Origin: an uncultured virus (IMG/VR IMGVR_UViG_3300021438_000002)
Taxonomy: Duplodnaviria > Heunggongvirae > Uroviricota > Caudoviricetes
Reading direction: 5' to 3' (one strand)
Virus record (IMG/VR): IMGVR_UViG_3300021438_000002
Length of the DNA stretch: 35,868 nucleotides
This document shows positions 33,579 through 35,868 of this stretch, in pieces; within the stretch, counting starts at the first letter, position 1; every line of letters starts with the position of its first letter. The translations under genes and the position numbers were made by a program. A model generated the notes under the pieces. The model searched no databases and was not told the origin of the DNA. It worked only from the letters and a program-made list of their open reading frames with translations.

Positions 33579-33867
33579 AAATAATGCAGACTTCCATGGG
33601 TACACCTTTGACCATTCATCTTCTGAGGATGGCACTGCCGTAGTTGCTTATCACCCAGAAGAGCGTAATCCTGTGGGCATGTTGTACTTAGAACCAAATT
33701 ATGGAGATGGCGGTCTAGTCCGAGACGTTAACGTCTTAAATGCTCATCGTCGTAAAGGAGTTGCCGCAGGTATGTGGAACTATGCCAAAAACAATGGACT
33801 GAATCCACTTCACTCCAAAAACCAAACTGCCCTAGGTAAACAATGGGCGAAAGCAGTAGGTGACTAA
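33571..33867 (+). CDS. GNAT acetyltransferase with MTRNNADF leader
   Basis: VRDVNVLNAHRRKGVAAGMW; HSKNQTALGKQWA. Confidence 0.85.
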   Translation: MTRNNADFHGYTFDHSSSEDGTAVVAYHPEERNPVGMLYLEPNYGDGGLVRDVNVLNAHRRKGVAAGMWNYAKNNGLNPLHSKNQTALGKQWAKAVGD

Positions 33868-34568
33868 TGGAACCAAGTAGACAGATAAACAAGCACGAAG
33901 CAGATGAGGCAAAGATTCTTTCTGCTTTAGGTCCTAGATTTAAACAGGGTAACTACTCGCTGCACTTTAGCCATGAGTATGGCGAAAACTATCGTCTAAA
34001 CGCCTTGTGGAAGCCACCAGGGCAAAAAACACACATTGGCGTAGGCAGTTTGGGGTTTGACGCTAGAACTGGCGAGACCCATGTATCTGTGCACCCTGAA
34101 CACCACAACACCGCTGTAGCACCTGTCTTATTAGCAGCAGGCAATAAAATTAGCCGTCTTTTGGGTGGTGTTGGCTTACAGGGTGTTCGTAACACTACTG
34201 ATGATAGTTTCAGGTTGATAAAAAGATTCTTTCCCGCTGATTCAACAAAAATCACGCTCCGAAATCCGCAAGAACCTATGGGCGATGCTACAACTAAGTT
34301 ATACGTTCAATCAGAAGGAGCCCATGCGTTGGGCAGGGTTAGGTATCAAGCAGGGGTTAATGACTCAGATTTTGTAGTTCATTCTTGCTTTAGTTGTGGT
34401 GGCACTCGGTCAGACCGCAGATGGATGACTGACCGTGTGTGGTCGCAGGCGAATGAGCCACGAAGACGAGCGAATCAAGGCATGATTCCAGCAGACTGTC
34501 CAGACTGTAAAGGTTCTGGTGTCGAAATACAGGGGCGTACTCCTGAACGTGTCATTGGATTACGTTAA
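33867..34568 (+). CDS. Degenerate GNAT-like domain plus DnaJ-type zinc finger
   Basis: VGSL...VSVHPEHHNTAVAPVLL; CFSCGGT...CPDCKGSG. Confidence 0.5.
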   Translation: MEPSRQINKHEADEAKILSALGPRFKQGNYSLHFSHEYGENYRLNALWKPPGQKTHIGVGSLGFDARTGETHVSVHPEHHNTAVAPVLLAAGNKISRLLGGVGLQGVRNTTDDSFRLIKRFFPADSTKITLRNPQEPMGDATTKLYVQSEGAHALGRVRYQAGVNDSDFVVHSCFSCGGTRSDRRWMTDRVWSQANEPRRRANQGMIPADCPDCKGSGVEIQGRTPERVIGLR

Positions 34569-34606
34569 CCCTTTAATCTCCTTTACTGTGTGGGAAAATT
34601 AGCATT

Positions 34607-35868
34607 ATGCCCGAGATAACTCCTGAAACTAATGAATCGAATCCTGAGTGCCCTTTCTGCGGCGATAATCACCCTATCGACCTATCGGCTGCTGGAAACG
34701 TAACGTATAGCCAACCAGGCAGAGAAGGCGTATTAACTTTTCCGCATCACACTCCTTGTTCTACTTGTGGTACTTACCACGCAAGAGGGCTAAACCACAA
34801 CACATGCGGTACTTGTGGCGAGGTGCACTCAGACATACGTCCTTGGGCTTATGGAAGAGGCGATGATGCCAACATAATGCTTGAAAACCCACAGCATGGT
34901 CCTAATCGCTATTGTGAGGGCTGTAATGATTATGTTGACCAAGAACATGCCGATGATTGGGAAGAACGCCATTATGGCAGTGAAGTTCGTGACTCAGAAG
35001 CCCAAGACGAAGGTTGGCATTCAAGATACCCTAGAAATGAACACGAACTAGTTAATGAAGAACCAGAGCGTGTAGCAGGTATTAATGAGCGTCTTGGCAA
35101 AATAATTAAGATGCATGATGCCCGTGTAGCAGACAGCCCTTATTTTATTAAGCATGCCCCGTCAGGAACCTACTATGGTCAACACGGTAACAATGTGCAG
35201 GTTTATCACAGGAATGCTCCAAATACCCGTGTAGGTAGTTTGACCTATGATGATGAAGGCACAGTGGGCTCAATGTACATTGACCACCGTCACCAAGGCA
35301 CTATGGCAGCCGTTCAAATGCTTGTTGCTGCTCACCGTCATCTTAAAGACACTGTTGGCAATCCAATTGGGTTATTGCGTACTGAAAGCACTACAAATCA
35401 ATCTGCTGGTCTAATTAAGAACATTGACCCAAACAGTACTTATCTACGCCATGACAATGCGGATGAAGGTAAAAATGAAAACTGGGTTGATGGACAAAGC
35501 GACATTAGCAATACGCCACTTAGAAATGACTCTTTACGATTAACTAAAGAAGAGTGGCAAAGAAAGTCCGAAGAGTCGGGGCGTTCTGTGGCTGACCTGT
35601 TGGCGATGAGTTATGACCCTAAAAACCGCTATGTTGCGTATGATGCAGGTCGTCCAAGTGATGAGGCTAAGGCAATTGGTGAACAAATTAAAAAACACCA
35701 AGACGAAGAGTCAAAGGACGAAGAAAAACAATACAAACGTGTAGTCGGCACTGCTGCTGCCAACATAATCGCACAAGGTGTGCATGAAGTTCCAGGAGAC
35801 ATGCCTGCTCATGATTGGCTAGAGAATGCATGGAAACCCTCTGCACGAGACCGAATCGATGCTCTGCG
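34607..35868 (+). CDS. Large protein, truncated at the window end: N-terminal CxxC-x3-H zinc modules and a degenerate GNAT-like domain; absent from ORF track
   Basis: Open frame from ATG 34607 (MPEITPETNESNPECPFCGDNH...) to the end; VGSLTY...MYIDHRHQGTMAAVQML. Confidence 0.7.
   Translation, partial: MPEITPETNESNPECPFCGDNHPIDLSAAGNVTYSQPGREGVLTFPHHTPCSTCGTYHARGLNHNTCGTCGEVHSDIRPWAYGRGDDANIMLENPQHGPNRYCEGCNDYVDQEHADDWEERHYGSEVRDSEAQDEGWHSRYPRNEHELVNEEPERVAGINERLGKIIKMHDARVADSPYFIKHAPSGTYYGQHGNNVQVYHRNAPNTRVGSLTYDDEGTVGSMYIDHRHQGTMAAVQMLVAAHRHLKDTVGNPIGLLRTESTTNQSAGLIKNIDPNSTYLRHDNADEGKNENWVDGQSDISNTPLRNDSLRLTKEEWQRKSEESGRSVADLLAMSYDPKNRYVAYDAGRPSDEAKAIGEQIKKHQDEESKDEEKQYKRVVGTAAANIIAQGVHEVPGDMPAHDWLENAWKPSARDRIDAL

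Overview
A 35.9 kb segment of a large, probably lytic-type dsDNA tailed phage. WhiB, NrdH, an MSMEG_6728-like glycosylase and candidate leaderless genes point to an actinobacterial host. The host identity is inferred, not demonstrated. The window has four blocks. (1) 1-16333 (+): recombination and nucleotide genes (Cas4-like nuclease, DUF1599, RuvC-like, SpoVS), a run of small low-complexity proteins, a nucleotidyltransferase, a HAD-like protein, a TGT-like protein, an Endo VII nuclease, class II RNR and NrdH, ending at a bidirectional terminator. (2) 16384-29891 (-): an early or host-takeover operon with a tyrosine recombinase, WhiB, HTH proteins, about 25 tiny translationally coupled genes and a MoxR/CobS-type AAA + VWA pair. 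(3) 29892-31278: a non-coding divergence zone with a sigma-A type promoter, a ~340 nt structured RNA ending in a tRNA-like domain, phased A-tracts and GTCAG repeats. (4) 31279-end (+): a cassette of small enzymes (ParB-like, GNATs, ADP-ribosyltransferase-like). Five consecutive genes in block 4 share the N-terminal peptide M-[GST]-[AR]-N-N-x-D-F despite having different folds, which suggests a capsid-targeting or effector-delivery tag. This is the most novel-looking system in the window. The non-canonical tRNA-like elements and repeated G6/C6 hairpin leaders in the early operon come next. All product calls come from motif recognition by eye, and no database searches were run.
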